From NCBI GenBank assembly GCA_033762295.1, contig JANRLW010000093.1, positions 1-64,000 on the forward strand: 64,000 nucleotides of DNA. Direction: 5' to 3'. The position numbers and the translations under genes are program-made. The stretch is from Capsulimonadales bacterium. Lineage in GTDB: Bacteria > Armatimonadota > Armatimonadia > Armatimonadales > Armatimonadaceae. Shown here piece after piece: positions 1-10,306 of the stretch. Numbering within the stretch: the stretch's first letter is position 1; each line of letters begins with the position of its first letter. The notes below the pieces were generated by a model. That model saw nothing but the letters and a program-made list of their open reading frames with translations. It made no database searches and had not been told where the DNA came from.

Positions 1-1119
1 CAGATGAACGCCACCCTCCTGCCCGATGGCCTGATTTTCGTTACCGGCGGCGTCCGTGGCGCCGGTTTCAACGATATGACCACCCCGGTGCTCTCCTCGG
101 AGGTGTGGGACCCGGTGACCGAACAGTTTACGACCTGGGCCAGTATGGCGGTGGGTCGCTGGTACCACTCGACCGTCGTTCTGCTTCCGGACGGACGACT
201 GCTCTCCGCCGGGGGAGATAACAACCTGAACGCCGAAATCTTCTCTCCGCCCTATCTGTTCCAGGGACCGCGCCCCGTCATCACGTCGGCGCCCGGTCTG
301 GTCCGCTACGGCGCGACCTTCGACGTCGAAACGCCCGATGCGTCGAAGGTGACCAACGCGAACTGGATTCGGCTCTCCTCCGTCACCCATGCCCGAAATT
401 TCGATCAGCGGATCAACCGGCTGTCGTTTCAGGCCACGGCGACCGGCTTGCGAGTCACCGCTCCGTCCGATCCCAACCTCTGTCCGCCGGGCTACTATAT
501 GCTCTTCCTGCTCAACGAGAAGGGGGTTCCGTCGGTTGCCAGGATTCAGCGGATCGGCGACGGCGTCCTGACCGTCACCCCGCCGACCAACCTGACCGCC
601 GTTCCGGGCGCTGGCCAGGTGAGCCTCAACTGGTCCGCCAGCCCCGAGGCGCTGGCCTACACGATCAAGCGGGGAACCCGCAAGGGCGGCCCGTACTCGA
701 CCACCGTGGCACGCGGCGTGACGACCACGTCCTACACCGATACCGGTCTCGCCAATGATAAAACCTATCATTACGTGGTCATTGCCACGAACGGTAACCT
801 GGAAAGCGTCCCGTCAAGCCCGGTCTCCGCAAAACCCCGGACGCTTCCGGCCGCGCCGACCGGCCTGACGGCGACCGCGACATCGGGAACCCGTATTGCC
901 CTTTCCTGGGTCGACAATGCCACCAACGAGCAGGGATTCTACATCGAGCGGTCGACCGACGGCGTGACGTTCGCCCAGATCGCCCGTGTCGGGCCGAATG
1001 CCCGGACCTACGGAAACGGCGGTCTGCCCCGCAAGACCCGCTACTCCTACCGGGTTCGCGCCTATAACGCGACCGGTCCTTCCGGCTACTCCGACATCGC
1101 CTCCGCCACGACCAACTAG
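1..1119 (+). CDS. Galactose/glyoxal oxidase-like (AA5-type) kelch protein with DUF1929-like domain and two C-terminal fibronectin type III domains; 5' truncated by the window edge
   Basis: RWYHSTVVLLPDGRLLSAGG and SVTHA copper-ligand motifs, CPPGYYMLF, two FN3-like repeats (PTNLTA..LNW, APTGLTAT..LSW..YRVRAYN); frame open from base 1. Confidence 0.8.
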   Translation, partial: QMNATLLPDGLIFVTGGVRGAGFNDMTTPVLSSEVWDPVTEQFTTWASMAVGRWYHSTVVLLPDGRLLSAGGDNNLNAEIFSPPYLFQGPRPVITSAPGLVRYGATFDVETPDASKVTNANWIRLSSVTHARNFDQRINRLSFQATATGLRVTAPSDPNLCPPGYYMLFLLNEKGVPSVARIQRIGDGVLTVTPPTNLTAVPGAGQVSLNWSASPEALAYTIKRGTRKGGPYSTTVARGVTTTSYTDTGLANDKTYHYVVIATNGNLESVPSSPVSAKPRTLPAAPTGLTATATSGTRIALSWVDNATNEQGFYIERSTDGVTFAQIARVGPNARTYGNGGLPRKTRYSYRVRAYNATGPSGYSDIASATTN

Positions 1120-1140
1120 ACGGAGGAGCGTCGAACGAAG

Positions 1141-1167
1141 ACCGCCCGGCGCGAAACGCCGGGCGGT
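1141..1167. terminator. Hairpin between convergent genes, probable bidirectional terminator
   Basis: ACCGCCCGGCG-cgaaa-CGCCGGGCGGT perfect 11-bp stem, pyrimidine-rich tail on +. Confidence 0.7.
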
Positions 1168-1180
1168 TCTCCATTTTCTT

Positions 1181-2548
1181 CTATTTTCCGCCGATCGCGA
1201 CCAGATGCCCCTGCGTGCGCCAGAACAGAACCCCCGCGGAGATGGCCGGGGTCGCCATGCAGACCTCGCCCATCGGGTTCACCCCGATCACCTCGAAGGC
1301 CGGTCCGGCTTTGACGACGTAGACATCGCCCTCCTCGCTCGTAAAAAACAGCTTGCCGTCGGCGGCCACCGGCGAGGCGGTGAACCCGGTACGCCCGGTC
1401 CCCAGACGCTCCTGGTAGACCTGTTTGCCCGTCTTGGCCTCGAAGCAGGTCAGGACACCGTTATCCCGGCAGCTGTACAGATAACCGCGATAAGCCAGCG
1501 GCGTCTGCATGTACGCCCCGCCGCGCGGAATGCTCCAGGCGATATGGGTGTTGGATGTCGCGTCCCCCGTCAGGGTGATGTCGCCCTTCGCGGTCGGTCG
1601 GATCGCGTAGAGCGGGGACAGACGCCCGTGCGCGTTCGTGATAAAGATCAGCCCCTCGGCGACCAGCGGCGTCGGGACCGGGATGTCGCCGCCGCCGGTC
1701 AGACGCCACACTTCCTTGCCGGTGGCGACATCGTACGCGCCGATATGCTTCCAGCCGTTGACGATCATCTGCTTGCGCCCGCCGACCTCGACGATCGACG
1801 GCGTGCTCCAGGTCGGAACATCCTTGCGCGGCGTCCGCCAGAGTTCGCGGCCATCCTTCAGATCGAACGCGGCGACGAACCCGTTCTTCTGAATATCGCA
1901 CTGAACCAGCGCCTTGCCGTCGACCGGAATCGGCGAACTCGCAAACCCCCACTGCGCGTCCGGCACCATGAAGAACCCGGAATCCAGCACGCCGAGGCTC
2001 TTCTTCCAGCGCAGGTTGCCGTCCATATCGTAGCAGTACAGCCCTTCCGAGCCGAAGAACGCGAGGACGTTCTTGCCATCGGTCGCCATGGTCGAGTTGG
2101 CATGCGTCGCCTTGGTATGGCGCTTGACACGGGGAACCCCTCGATACGCGGTCCGCTGCCAGAGAATTTTTCCGGTTTTTTTGTTCAGGCAGTAGACGCG
2201 AAACTCATGGGACGTGTCGTCCTCAACCGGGGCGATATCGCCGTAAAGCCCCACCTTCAGTTCCGGTTTCGCCGCGCCGCTGATCGCCGTCGTCACGAAA
2301 AGGCGATCGCCCCAGACGATCGGACTGGAATGACCCAGGCCCGGAATCGCCGTTTTCCACTGAACATTTCTGCCCGCTTCAACGTCCCAGGCAGAGGCGA
2401 CCGGTGTACCGTCGGCGACCCCACTGGCGTTCGCGCCCCGAAAGGAGGGCCAGTGGTCGCCCGGTTGGGCCTCTGCGGGCGCGAGGATCGCCCCTGTGAG
2501 GAAGGCGAGCGAAGCGAGTATCGACGTGAGCGGCGGAAGTACGTTCAT
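1181..2548 (-). CDS. Secreted PQQ-binding-like beta-propeller protein (1 of 7)
   Basis: Signal peptide, WPSFRG start motif, repeated SSP...W blades; GAAAGGGA SD before ATG 2548. Confidence 0.85.
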   Translation of the reverse strand: MNVLPPLTSILASLAFLTGAILAPAEAQPGDHWPSFRGANASGVADGTPVASAWDVEAGRNVQWKTAIPGLGHSSPIVWGDRLFVTTAISGAAKPELKVGLYGDIAPVEDDTSHEFRVYCLNKKTGKILWQRTAYRGVPRVKRHTKATHANSTMATDGKNVLAFFGSEGLYCYDMDGNLRWKKSLGVLDSGFFMVPDAQWGFASSPIPVDGKALVQCDIQKNGFVAAFDLKDGRELWRTPRKDVPTWSTPSIVEVGGRKQMIVNGWKHIGAYDVATGKEVWRLTGGGDIPVPTPLVAEGLIFITNAHGRLSPLYAIRPTAKGDITLTGDATSNTHIAWSIPRGGAYMQTPLAYRGYLYSCRDNGVLTCFEAKTGKQVYQERLGTGRTGFTASPVAADGKLFFTSEEGDVYVVKAGPAFEVIGVNPMGEVCMATPAISAGVLFWRTQGHLVAIGGK

Positions 2549-2596
2549 GATCGGTGTCCCTTTCAAAATGCGCGTAAATTAACGATCGGCGGAAAC

Positions 2597-2606
2597 AAAA
2601 CGTTTT
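2597..2606. promoter_or_regulatory. Possible LacI-type operator core in the divergent promoter region
   Basis: Perfect palindrome AAAACGTTTT between divergent genes. Confidence 0.3.
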
Positions 2607-2780
2607 CGGTTTACGATATGTCAGGTGGCCGGAACCATCGCGGCTCTCCGGTGTTATCAACTTCGCCGTGGGACCGCCGATTCCTGTGCCGGAAAAACGT
2701 CGATCTCTTGCCACCGCTCCGGGGCAGGATATTTCCCGGTCCGACGAGAATGTTGACCCGGTTTTGCCGGAGGTATCATT

Positions 2781-3494
2781 ATGAATCAGCCTACATCGCG
2801 GCGCGCCGCCTTTACCCTGATCGAGCTGCTCGTCGTCATCGCCATAATCGCGATACTTGCCGCCATCCTGTTCCCGGTCTTCGCTCAGGCACGGGAAAAA
2901 GCCCGACAGACGTCCTGCCTTTCCAATAACAAGCAGTACGCCCTGGCGACGCTGATGTATCTTCAGGATTATGATGAGACCTTTCCGATGTCCGCCTATC
3001 TGAACCAGGTGTGCGTCGCAACGTTCTATCAGGTGGTCGAACCGTACGTCAAGAACCAGCAGGTCACCCGTTGCCCGAGCGAGGACAGCGCGATCCGGAT
3101 TGCGGATCTGGTCGGCTTCCCGTGCGCCGGAACCCCGCCGTTCACCAGCTACGTGGTCAATCACGCGCTATTCGTCAACGGGTTCGTCCCGGGCATCTCG
3201 GCGACGACCCTCGGCGCGGTGAACCGCTCCGCCGAGACGATCATGATCTACGACGGCAACGCCACCTTCGGCGCGGCGCCCGGACAGCAGATCCAGCTGG
3301 TACAGGCCCGGCATACGGGAACGTTCAGCGCGAGTTTCGTCGACGGACACGTCAAGGCGATTCAGGCGACCGAGACCGGCAAAGCGAATCAGTTCACGGT
3401 CGCCGGACCGGGGCGGGAACTCAAGGTATACACCATCGGCGCGAACGGTGGTTTCTATGCGGGCGGAACGGAGTGCCTCGGTATTCCGCAGTAG
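2781..3494 (+). CDS. Prepilin-type N-terminal cleavage/methylation protein, DUF1559/H-X9-DG type
   Basis: [59 protein letters not shown]. Confidence 0.9.
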   Translation: MNQPTSRRAAFTLIELLVVIAIIAILAAILFPVFAQAREKARQTSCLSNNKQYALATLMYLQDYDETFPMSAYLNQVCVATFYQVVEPYVKNQQVTRCPSEDSAIRIADLVGFPCAGTPPFTSYVVNHALFVNGFVPGISATTLGAVNRSAETIMIYDGNATFGAAPGQQIQLVQARHTGTFSASFVDGHVKAIQATETGKANQFTVAGPGRELKVYTIGANGGFYAGGTECLGIPQ

Positions 3495-3515
3495 TCCCGG
3501 AAGGAAGGTAATGGC

Positions 3516-4778
3516 ATGCAGCGTTCGTTTTCCTCTCATTCATTCCTGCGCGGTCTTCTGCCCTGTCTGACGGCGGTTCTGGTGGCGCCCGCTTCGGTCG
3601 CCGAGGACTGGCCGCAGTGGCGGGGGGTGAACCGTGATGCCCTCTCGAAGGAAAAAGGTCTTCTGAGCGCGTGGCCGGAGAGCGGTCCTCGCCTGCTCTG
3701 GGTCGGACGCAACCTCGGCGAGGGGCATTCGACCCCGTCGGTCGCGAAGGGCCGCATCTATGGCATGGGGTTGCGGGGAAGCGACGAGGTGGTCTGGGCG
3801 CTGGATGCCAGAACCGGCAAGGAACTCTGGGCCACGAAGATCGCCGACGGCATCACGCTGGAAGCCGCGCAGGGTGGATACGGCTCCCGCTCGACTCCGA
3901 CCGTCGATGGCGATCACCTCTATACTCTGGGCGTCGGCGGCGACCTGGTCTGTATGAGCGTGGCGAACGGCAAACTCCTCTGGAAAAAGAATCTGGTCCG
4001 GGATTTCAACGGCGACGTGCCGCGTTGGGGGTATAGCGAGTCGCCGCTCGTCGATGGCGAGAAGGTGGTGGTGACGCCGGGTGGCGATGCCTTCACCGTG
4101 GTCGCGCTGAACAAGAAAACCGGCGAAACGATCTGGAAGTCGCAGGTGACCGGCGGGAACGGCGCCACCTACTCGTCGCCGATCCTGGCGACGGTCGGCG
4201 GCGTTCGCCAGTATATCCAGTTCCTGACCGGCGCGGTCGTCGGCGTCGATGCGGCCAGTGGGAAGTTTCTCTGGCGGTTCGATGCTCCGGCCTGTCGCCA
4301 GGGGATCAACTGCTCGACTCCGATCTATACCGATTCCTATGTCTTCGCCGCGTCCGCCTACGGACACGGGGGCGGTCTCGCGAAATTAACCGGCAGCGGC
4401 GGCGCAACGACCGCCGAACAGGTCTACTTCACCAAGCAGATGCAAAACCATCACGGCGGAATGGTCGTGGTCGGCGACTATCTCTACGGGTTCGATAACA
4501 ACACTCTGACCTGTCTGGAGTTCAAGACCGGCAAGCTGATGTGGGCCGATCGCAGCGTCGGCAAAGGATCCGTCGCTTATGCCGACGGCAACCTGTACGT
4601 TCGGGGCGAGCAGGGGCCGGTCGCGCTGGTCGCCACCGATCCGAAAGCCTATACGGAAAAGGGCCGATTCGCTCAGCCCGAACGCAGTAACGCCCCGGCC
4701 TGGCCGCATCCCGTGATCGCCAACGGCACGCTGCTCCTGCGCGATCAGGGCAATCTGTTCTGTTACGCGATCAAGTAA
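3516..4778 (+). CDS. Secreted PQQ-binding-like beta-propeller protein (2 of 7)
   Basis: Signal peptide, DWPQWRG, WGYSESPLVDG, WPHPVIANG. Confidence 0.85.
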   Translation: MQRSFSSHSFLRGLLPCLTAVLVAPASVAEDWPQWRGVNRDALSKEKGLLSAWPESGPRLLWVGRNLGEGHSTPSVAKGRIYGMGLRGSDEVVWALDARTGKELWATKIADGITLEAAQGGYGSRSTPTVDGDHLYTLGVGGDLVCMSVANGKLLWKKNLVRDFNGDVPRWGYSESPLVDGEKVVVTPGGDAFTVVALNKKTGETIWKSQVTGGNGATYSSPILATVGGVRQYIQFLTGAVVGVDAASGKFLWRFDAPACRQGINCSTPIYTDSYVFAASAYGHGGGLAKLTGSGGATTAEQVYFTKQMQNHHGGMVVVGDYLYGFDNNTLTCLEFKTGKLMWADRSVGKGSVAYADGNLYVRGEQGPVALVATDPKAYTEKGRFAQPERSNAPAWPHPVIANGTLLLRDQGNLFCYAIK

Positions 4779-4806
4779 TCCGGTAATCCGGTAATCCGGT
4801 GATCCG
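4775..4806 (+). repeat. 8-bp tandem repeat containing the stop codon
   Basis: GTAATCCG x3 + GTGATCCG. Confidence 0.9.
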
Positions 4807-4853
4807 TTACGATCATCAGGACCATTACGACGCATAGTACAAGGAACCAGTCG

Positions 4854-6053
4854 ATGAACCGACATCTGTTCGGCGCGGCCTGTGTCGCGCTGCTGACCCT
4901 TTCCGCCGGCACGGTCGGCGCGACCGACTGGCCGCAATGGCGCGGCCCGAATCGCGACGGCATCTCGCCCGAAACGGGTCTGCCCTCCTCCTTCCCGACC
5001 GGCGGCCCGAAACGGCTCTGGTCGGTCAACGTCGGCGCGGGCTTCTCCAGCGTCAGCGTGGCCAACGGACGTCTGTTCACGATGGGGAACGACGCCAACC
5101 AGGACATCGTCTCCTGCCTCGACCCGCTGACCGGACGGGCTTTCTGGCAGTACCGTTACCCCTGCGGCAGCGGCGATTACGAAGGGCCGCGCGCCACACC
5201 CACCGTCTCCGGAAACAACGTCTACACGCTGAGCCGGGAAGGTCTGGCGCTCTGCCTGAACGTCCGGACCGGCAAGGTCGTCTGGCAGCGGAACATCGCC
5301 CGGGAAACCGGCGCGGAATCGCCGCAGTGGGGATTCGCCGGTTCGCCGCTGCTCGAAGGCAATCTGGTCATTTATAACGTCGGCGGGGGCGGGACCGCGG
5401 TCGACCGCAACACGGGCCGTATCGTCTGGCGATCGGGCGCGGGGCGGGCCGGGTACGCCTCCCCGGTCGCGTTCGTCTCCGGCGGACGGCGCGCCGTCGC
5501 GATCTTCGCGGGCAAGGGACTGGTCGCCGTCGACCCGGCCACCGGGCGACAACTGTGGCAGTACCCCTGGGACACCTCCTACGATGTCAACGCCGCCGAT
5601 CCCATCTTCTCCGGCGACAACGTCTTTATCTCGTCCAACTACGGCAAAGGGGGCGCGCTGCTCCGAATCGCCGGCGGACGACCGACGCCGGTGTGGGAAA
5701 ACCGGAGCATGAAGAACCACTTCAATTCGAGCGTTCTGACCAAAGGCGCCCTGTTCGGCAACGACGAGAATACGCTGCGCTGCGTCGATTTCGCGACCGG
5801 CGCGGAGCGATGGTCGATGCGCGGCATCGGTAAGGGAGGATTAATAGTTGCTGACGGTAAACTATTGGTCCTGACCGAACGCGGCGAACTGGTGCTCCTG
5901 AACGCCGAACCGGGCAAAATGACCGAACTCGGACGCGCCAGCGTGTTGCGCGGCACCTGCTGGACCCATCCCGTTCTTGCCAACGGCCTCCTCTACTGCC
6001 GAAGCCACGAGGGTGTCCTGGTCTGCGTCGAACTGAAGTCCAAAAGGGCATAA
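4854..6053 (+). CDS. Secreted PQQ-binding-like beta-propeller protein (3 of 7)
   Basis: Signal peptide, DWPQWRGPNRDG, GPRATP, WTHPVLANG. Confidence 0.85.
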   Translation: MNRHLFGAACVALLTLSAGTVGATDWPQWRGPNRDGISPETGLPSSFPTGGPKRLWSVNVGAGFSSVSVANGRLFTMGNDANQDIVSCLDPLTGRAFWQYRYPCGSGDYEGPRATPTVSGNNVYTLSREGLALCLNVRTGKVVWQRNIARETGAESPQWGFAGSPLLEGNLVIYNVGGGGTAVDRNTGRIVWRSGAGRAGYASPVAFVSGGRRAVAIFAGKGLVAVDPATGRQLWQYPWDTSYDVNAADPIFSGDNVFISSNYGKGGALLRIAGGRPTPVWENRSMKNHFNSSVLTKGALFGNDENTLRCVDFATGAERWSMRGIGKGGLIVADGKLLVLTERGELVLLNAEPGKMTELGRASVLRGTCWTHPVLANGLLYCRSHEGVLVCVELKSKRA

Positions 6054-6054
6054 A

Positions 6055-8427
6055 ATGGCACTGTATCGAAATCGACGCGGCCCGCAAGCACGGGCCGCTT
6101 TCCCGCAGATAGCTCCTCCGGCAGCACGGCAAGTACGGACGATCGTAACGGCCGTAACGGCGGTGGCGACGATGACGGCACTGAACGGGACCGTCGCCCC
6201 GGCTTCCGCACAGACGCCGGTACGCGGCTGGCTCAACTGGCGCGGCCCCGAACAGACCGGCGTGTCCCGCGAAACCGGCCTGCCCGACACTTGGACACCC
6301 GGCGGCGTCAACGATCTCTGGTCGATCCCGATCTCCGGCGGCGGAACGCCCGTCATCGCGAATGGCAGGGTCTTCGCGTTCGGCTACTCCGGTCAGGGCG
6401 CGGATCTGCAGGAAGTGCTGTTCTGCGCGGACGCCGAAACCGGCAAAATACTCTGGCAGCAACGGTTCAACGACTATCTCTCCGACATTACCTACGACCG
6501 GTATGCCATCGGCAGCCCGTGCGTCGACGCGGAGACGGGAAACGTCTACGTCCTTACCTCCGCCGGCGTTTTCGCCGCCTTCACTCCGGCCGGGAAGAAG
6601 CTCTGGCAACACCCGATGATGGAGTCTCTCGGTCGCCTGACCTTCACCAACGGGCGAACGGGCGGGCCGACGATCGAGGAGGATCTGGTCATCGTCCGTG
6701 GGATCACCGCCAACTGGGGCGGCGAGGGCGCGGCGATGGACCGTCTCTATGCTTTCGATAAGCGGACCGGCCAGCTCGTTTGGGGGTGCAGTCCGGGGGT
6801 CCCGCCCAAGGACAACTCCTTCGCCCGGCCGATCTTCGGTTACCGCAACGGCAAGCGCGTCTTCTACACCGGCGCGGGCGACGGCAGCCTGATTTGCGTC
6901 AACGCGCGCACCGGCGAAACCCTCTGGCGCTACCCGATCTCGGCGGGCGGGATGAACGCCACCGTCCTCCTCTACAAGGACACGGTGATCGGTATCCATG
7001 CCGATGAAAACCTGGACTCCTCCGATGCCGGGCGCATGACCGCGGTGCGTGTCAATTCCGAACCGAAAGCCGCCGAAACCGGACCACCTCTCCTGGACAG
7101 ATCGGCCGAAGCCTGGCGCAACGATCTGGGCGTCATCTCCAGTTCGCCGGTTCTCGACGGGAATCGCATCTATCAGGTGGACAAAACAGGGCATATCTGT
7201 GGGGTCAACGCCGACACCGGGGCGGTGATCTTCCGGTATAAGCTCGCGCCGGACCAGTTGCACGCCTCGCCGCTACTCGCCGACGGAAAGCTGTACGTGC
7301 CGATGCAGAACGGCCTGTTTTACATCCTCAGGCCAGAGGCGAACGGCGTACGGGAACTGGCGAAGGTACAACTGGCGGGCCGCTGTATCGGCGCGCCCTC
7401 CGCCTGGAACGGCAAGGTCTACGTTCACACCACCGAAAAACTGTACTGCTTCGGGAAGAAAGGCAACAACCCCGGTCTGCCGAAGCCGAACGCGCTGCCC
7501 GCCGGACGAAAGCCGGCGGTCGGCCCGACCGCCGCCCTGCAGATCCTGCCGTCCGAGGTGACGTTGCGGCCGGGCGAAAAGGCGGTCTTCACCGTGCGCG
7601 GAATCGATGCCAACGGCTTCGTCACCCGACAGTTCGACAGCGCGAACGTACGGTGGGCCAAATACATCCCGCCGACCGCGCGTGTCCGCTCGGAGATGGA
7701 TGCCTCGTTCAATACCCGCGGCGAACTGACCGTCGCCGAGGGAGCGAAACCGTCGGCCGGAGCGTTCGAAGCGACCGTGGACGGCTTCAAGGGGACGATT
7801 CGCGGACGCGTCCTTCCGAAACTGCCGCTCACCGAGGACTTCGAATCCTTCCAGCCGACCGAGTCCCTGCCGTCCGCGCCGGAAGAGAAGTTCGCCTACC
7901 CGCCATTGCCATGGATCGGTGCGCGGTTCAAGTTCGATATTCGCGAACTCGACGGCAACAAGGTCTTCGCCAAGACCCTCGATAACATCTTCTTCCAGCG
8001 CGCGACCGTCTTTATCGGGCATCCGGACGAGAAAAATTACACCTTCGAGGCGGATGTCATGGCGGACGGCAACCGGCGCACCCTCGGCACGGTCGGCGTC
8101 ATCAACCAGCGTTATTACATCGTTCTGACCGGGAACGCGCAGGAACTGGAAGTGAACTCCAACCAGGAGCGGATCAAGGCGACCGTTCCTTTCAAATGGC
8201 AGCCCAAGACCTGGTACCGGATGAAGACGCGGGTGGACGTCGCTCCGGACGGTTCGGGCATCGTACGGGCGAAAGCCTGGAAGAAGGGCGACCCGGAACC
8301 GGCGGCATGGACGATCGAAGTGCCGCATCGTCAGGCGCATACGAGCGGCTCGCCCGGCCTGTTCGGATTCTCGCCGCAAAGTCTGTTCAAAGTCTATATC
8401 GATAACCTTTCGATCACGCCGAATTAG
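6055..8427 (+). CDS. PQQ-like beta-propeller protein with additional C-terminal beta-rich domains (4 of 7); start uncertain
   Basis: WLNWRGP, propeller blades to about aa 465, then ~300 aa beta-rich extension ending YIDNLSITPN; starts 1 nt after the upstream stop. Confidence 0.8.
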   Translation: MALYRNRRGPQARAAFPQIAPPAARQVRTIVTAVTAVATMTALNGTVAPASAQTPVRGWLNWRGPEQTGVSRETGLPDTWTPGGVNDLWSIPISGGGTPVIANGRVFAFGYSGQGADLQEVLFCADAETGKILWQQRFNDYLSDITYDRYAIGSPCVDAETGNVYVLTSAGVFAAFTPAGKKLWQHPMMESLGRLTFTNGRTGGPTIEEDLVIVRGITANWGGEGAAMDRLYAFDKRTGQLVWGCSPGVPPKDNSFARPIFGYRNGKRVFYTGAGDGSLICVNARTGETLWRYPISAGGMNATVLLYKDTVIGIHADENLDSSDAGRMTAVRVNSEPKAAETGPPLLDRSAEAWRNDLGVISSSPVLDGNRIYQVDKTGHICGVNADTGAVIFRYKLAPDQLHASPLLADGKLYVPMQNGLFYILRPEANGVRELAKVQLAGRCIGAPSAWNGKVYVHTTEKLYCFGKKGNNPGLPKPNALPAGRKPAVGPTAALQILPSEVTLRPGEKAVFTVRGIDANGFVTRQFDSANVRWAKYIPPTARVRSEMDASFNTRGELTVAEGAKPSAGAFEATVDGFKGTIRGRVLPKLPLTEDFESFQPTESLPSAPEEKFAYPPLPWIGARFKFDIRELDGNKVFAKTLDNIFFQRATVFIGHPDEKNYTFEADVMADGNRRTLGTVGVINQRYYIVLTGNAQELEVNSNQERIKATVPFKWQPKTWYRMKTRVDVAPDGSGIVRAKAWKKGDPEPAAWTIEVPHRQAHTSGSPGLFGFSPQSLFKVYIDNLSITPN

Positions 8428-8439
8428 AGATCAAACCTT

Positions 8440-9968
8440 ATGAAACGAACTGTTATACGCGGCCTTTCCTTCGTTGCGCTGGTGGTCGGCGTCCTGCCGC
8501 TGGTCGCCCTCGCCGGTGACTGGCCGTTCTGGGGGCGGGATGCGTCCCGCAACATGGTGTCGGACGAAACCGGGCTTCCGGTCGCGTTCGAGGCCGGACG
8601 GTACAAAGGCAACACCGAAGAGATCGATATGGCGACGACCAAAAATGTCAAATGGGTCGCCAAGCTCGGTTCGCAGTCCTACGGAAACCCGACGGTCGCC
8701 GGCGGTAAGGTCTTCATCGGCACCAACAACGAATCGCCCCGTGATCCGGCGCTGAAAGGCGACCGCGCGATCCTGCTCTGCCTGGACGAAAAGACCGGCG
8801 AGATGATCTGGCAGCTGGCGATCCCCAAACTCGGCACCGGTAAGGTCAGCGACTGGGAGTTTCTCGGACTCTGCTCCTCTCCGGCGGTGGACGGCGACCG
8901 CGTCTATATCGTCACCAACCGCTGCGAGGTGATGTGCCTCGACGTCAACGGACAGGCGAACGGCAATGACGGTCCGTTCAAGGAAGAGGCGACGTACTAC
9001 GCCGACAAGGGCAAGCCCCCGCATACCGTCGGCGCGAAGGATGCCGACATCCTCTGGAAGTTCGACATGCGGTCCGAACTCGGCGTCTTCCCGCACAACA
9101 TCACCAACTGCGGGCCGCTGATTCTCGGCGACCGGATCGTGGTCACGACGTCGAACGGCGTCGACTGGACCCATACCAACATGCCGAACCCGAAGGCGCC
9201 TACCCTCTGCATGCTCAACAAGAACACGGGGGAACTGCTCGGGGAGGAGGCGAGCGGCGTCTCGACACGGACTCTGCACTCCAACTGGTCGTCTCCGGCC
9301 GGCGGACAGGTTAACGGCAAGGATATCATCATCTACGGCGGCGGCGACGGGTTCTGCTACGGACTGGATACCGAGACCGAGGATAAGGACGGCGTCAAGG
9401 TCTTCAAGGAGTTGTGGCGGTTCGACTGCAATCCGCCGCAGTACCGGACGAAAAACGGCAAGCCGCTCAAGTACGCCACGGCGGACGGACCGAGCGAGGT
9501 CATCGCCACCCCGGTGCTGTTTAAGAACCGTGTCTACGTGCCGATCGGGCAGGACCTGAACACGGCGAGGGCCTAGGAAATTTCGTCTGTCTGGACGCCG
9601 TGACCGGCAAGCCGATCTGGAGCTACGACAAGATCCATCGCTCGCTGTCGACCCCGGGCATCGCCGACGGACTGGTATACGTCGGCGATTACAGCGGATT
9701 CATTCACTGTCTGGACGCCGAAACCGGCAAGCCGTACTGGGTGATGGACACCAAGAGCCATATCTGGGGTTCGCCGCTGGTCGCGGACGGCAAGGTATAC
9801 GTCGGAACCGAGGACGGCGACCTGGTCGTCCTGGCGGCGGGCAAGACGATGAAGGAAGTCGCCCGGATCGATATGCGTTCCCCGGTCTATTCGTCGCCGG
9901 TCGTCGCCAACGGCACGCTCTATGTCGCCACCCCGACGCACCTCTATGCCGTCGGCGGCGCGAAATAA
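8440..9968 (+). pseudogene. PQQ-like beta-propeller protein (5 of 7) split by a 1-nt deletion near 9556; pseudogene or sequence error
   Basis: ORFs 8440..9576 and 9600..9968 join to PIGQD[P]EHGEGLGNFVCLDAVTGKPIW (~509 aa) if one base is restored. Confidence 0.8.
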
Positions 9969-9975
9969 TCCATGC

Positions 9976-10010
9976 GGAAGCGGACCCGGTGTTAACCCGG
10001 GTCCGCTTCC
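9976..10010 (+). other. Intra-operon 14-bp stem-loop without U tract
   Basis: GGAAGCGGACCCGG-tgttaac-CCGGGTCCGCTTCC. Confidence 0.7.
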
Positions 10011-10030
10011 CGGCATAAAAAGGGACGAGG

Positions 10031-10306
10031 ATGCGATACCTGCTTGCGGCGCTGGTCGCCGTGGTGATCCTGCTGCATCAGGATATCTGGAACTGGACCG
10101 ATAAGACGCTCGTCTTCGGGTTTCTCCCGATCGGACTGGCGTACCACGGGGGGTATTCGGTGATGGCGGTCGTTACGATGGCGATTCTGGTGCGCTTCCT
10201 CTGGCCGGCCCACCTGGACGACGAGACGATCACCGAACCGGCCGGATCGACCGGAGCGACCGAACCGCGCGCCGCGCACGCGTCACAGGAGGATTCCGCC
10301 CGATGA
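10031..10306 (+). CDS. DUF3311-like small membrane partner of a sodium:solute symporter
   Basis: Two TM segments, LHQDIWNW...FGFLPIGLAYH; ATGA overlap with the symporter. Confidence 0.8.
   Translation: MRYLLAALVAVVILLHQDIWNWTDKTLVFGFLPIGLAYHGGYSVMAVVTMAILVRFLWPAHLDDETITEPAGSTGATEPRAAHASQEDSAR

Noticed and set aside
9541..9602. Programmed frameshift or stop readthrough
   Set aside because: No slippery sequence; the downstream part is in another frame, so TAG readthrough would not join them
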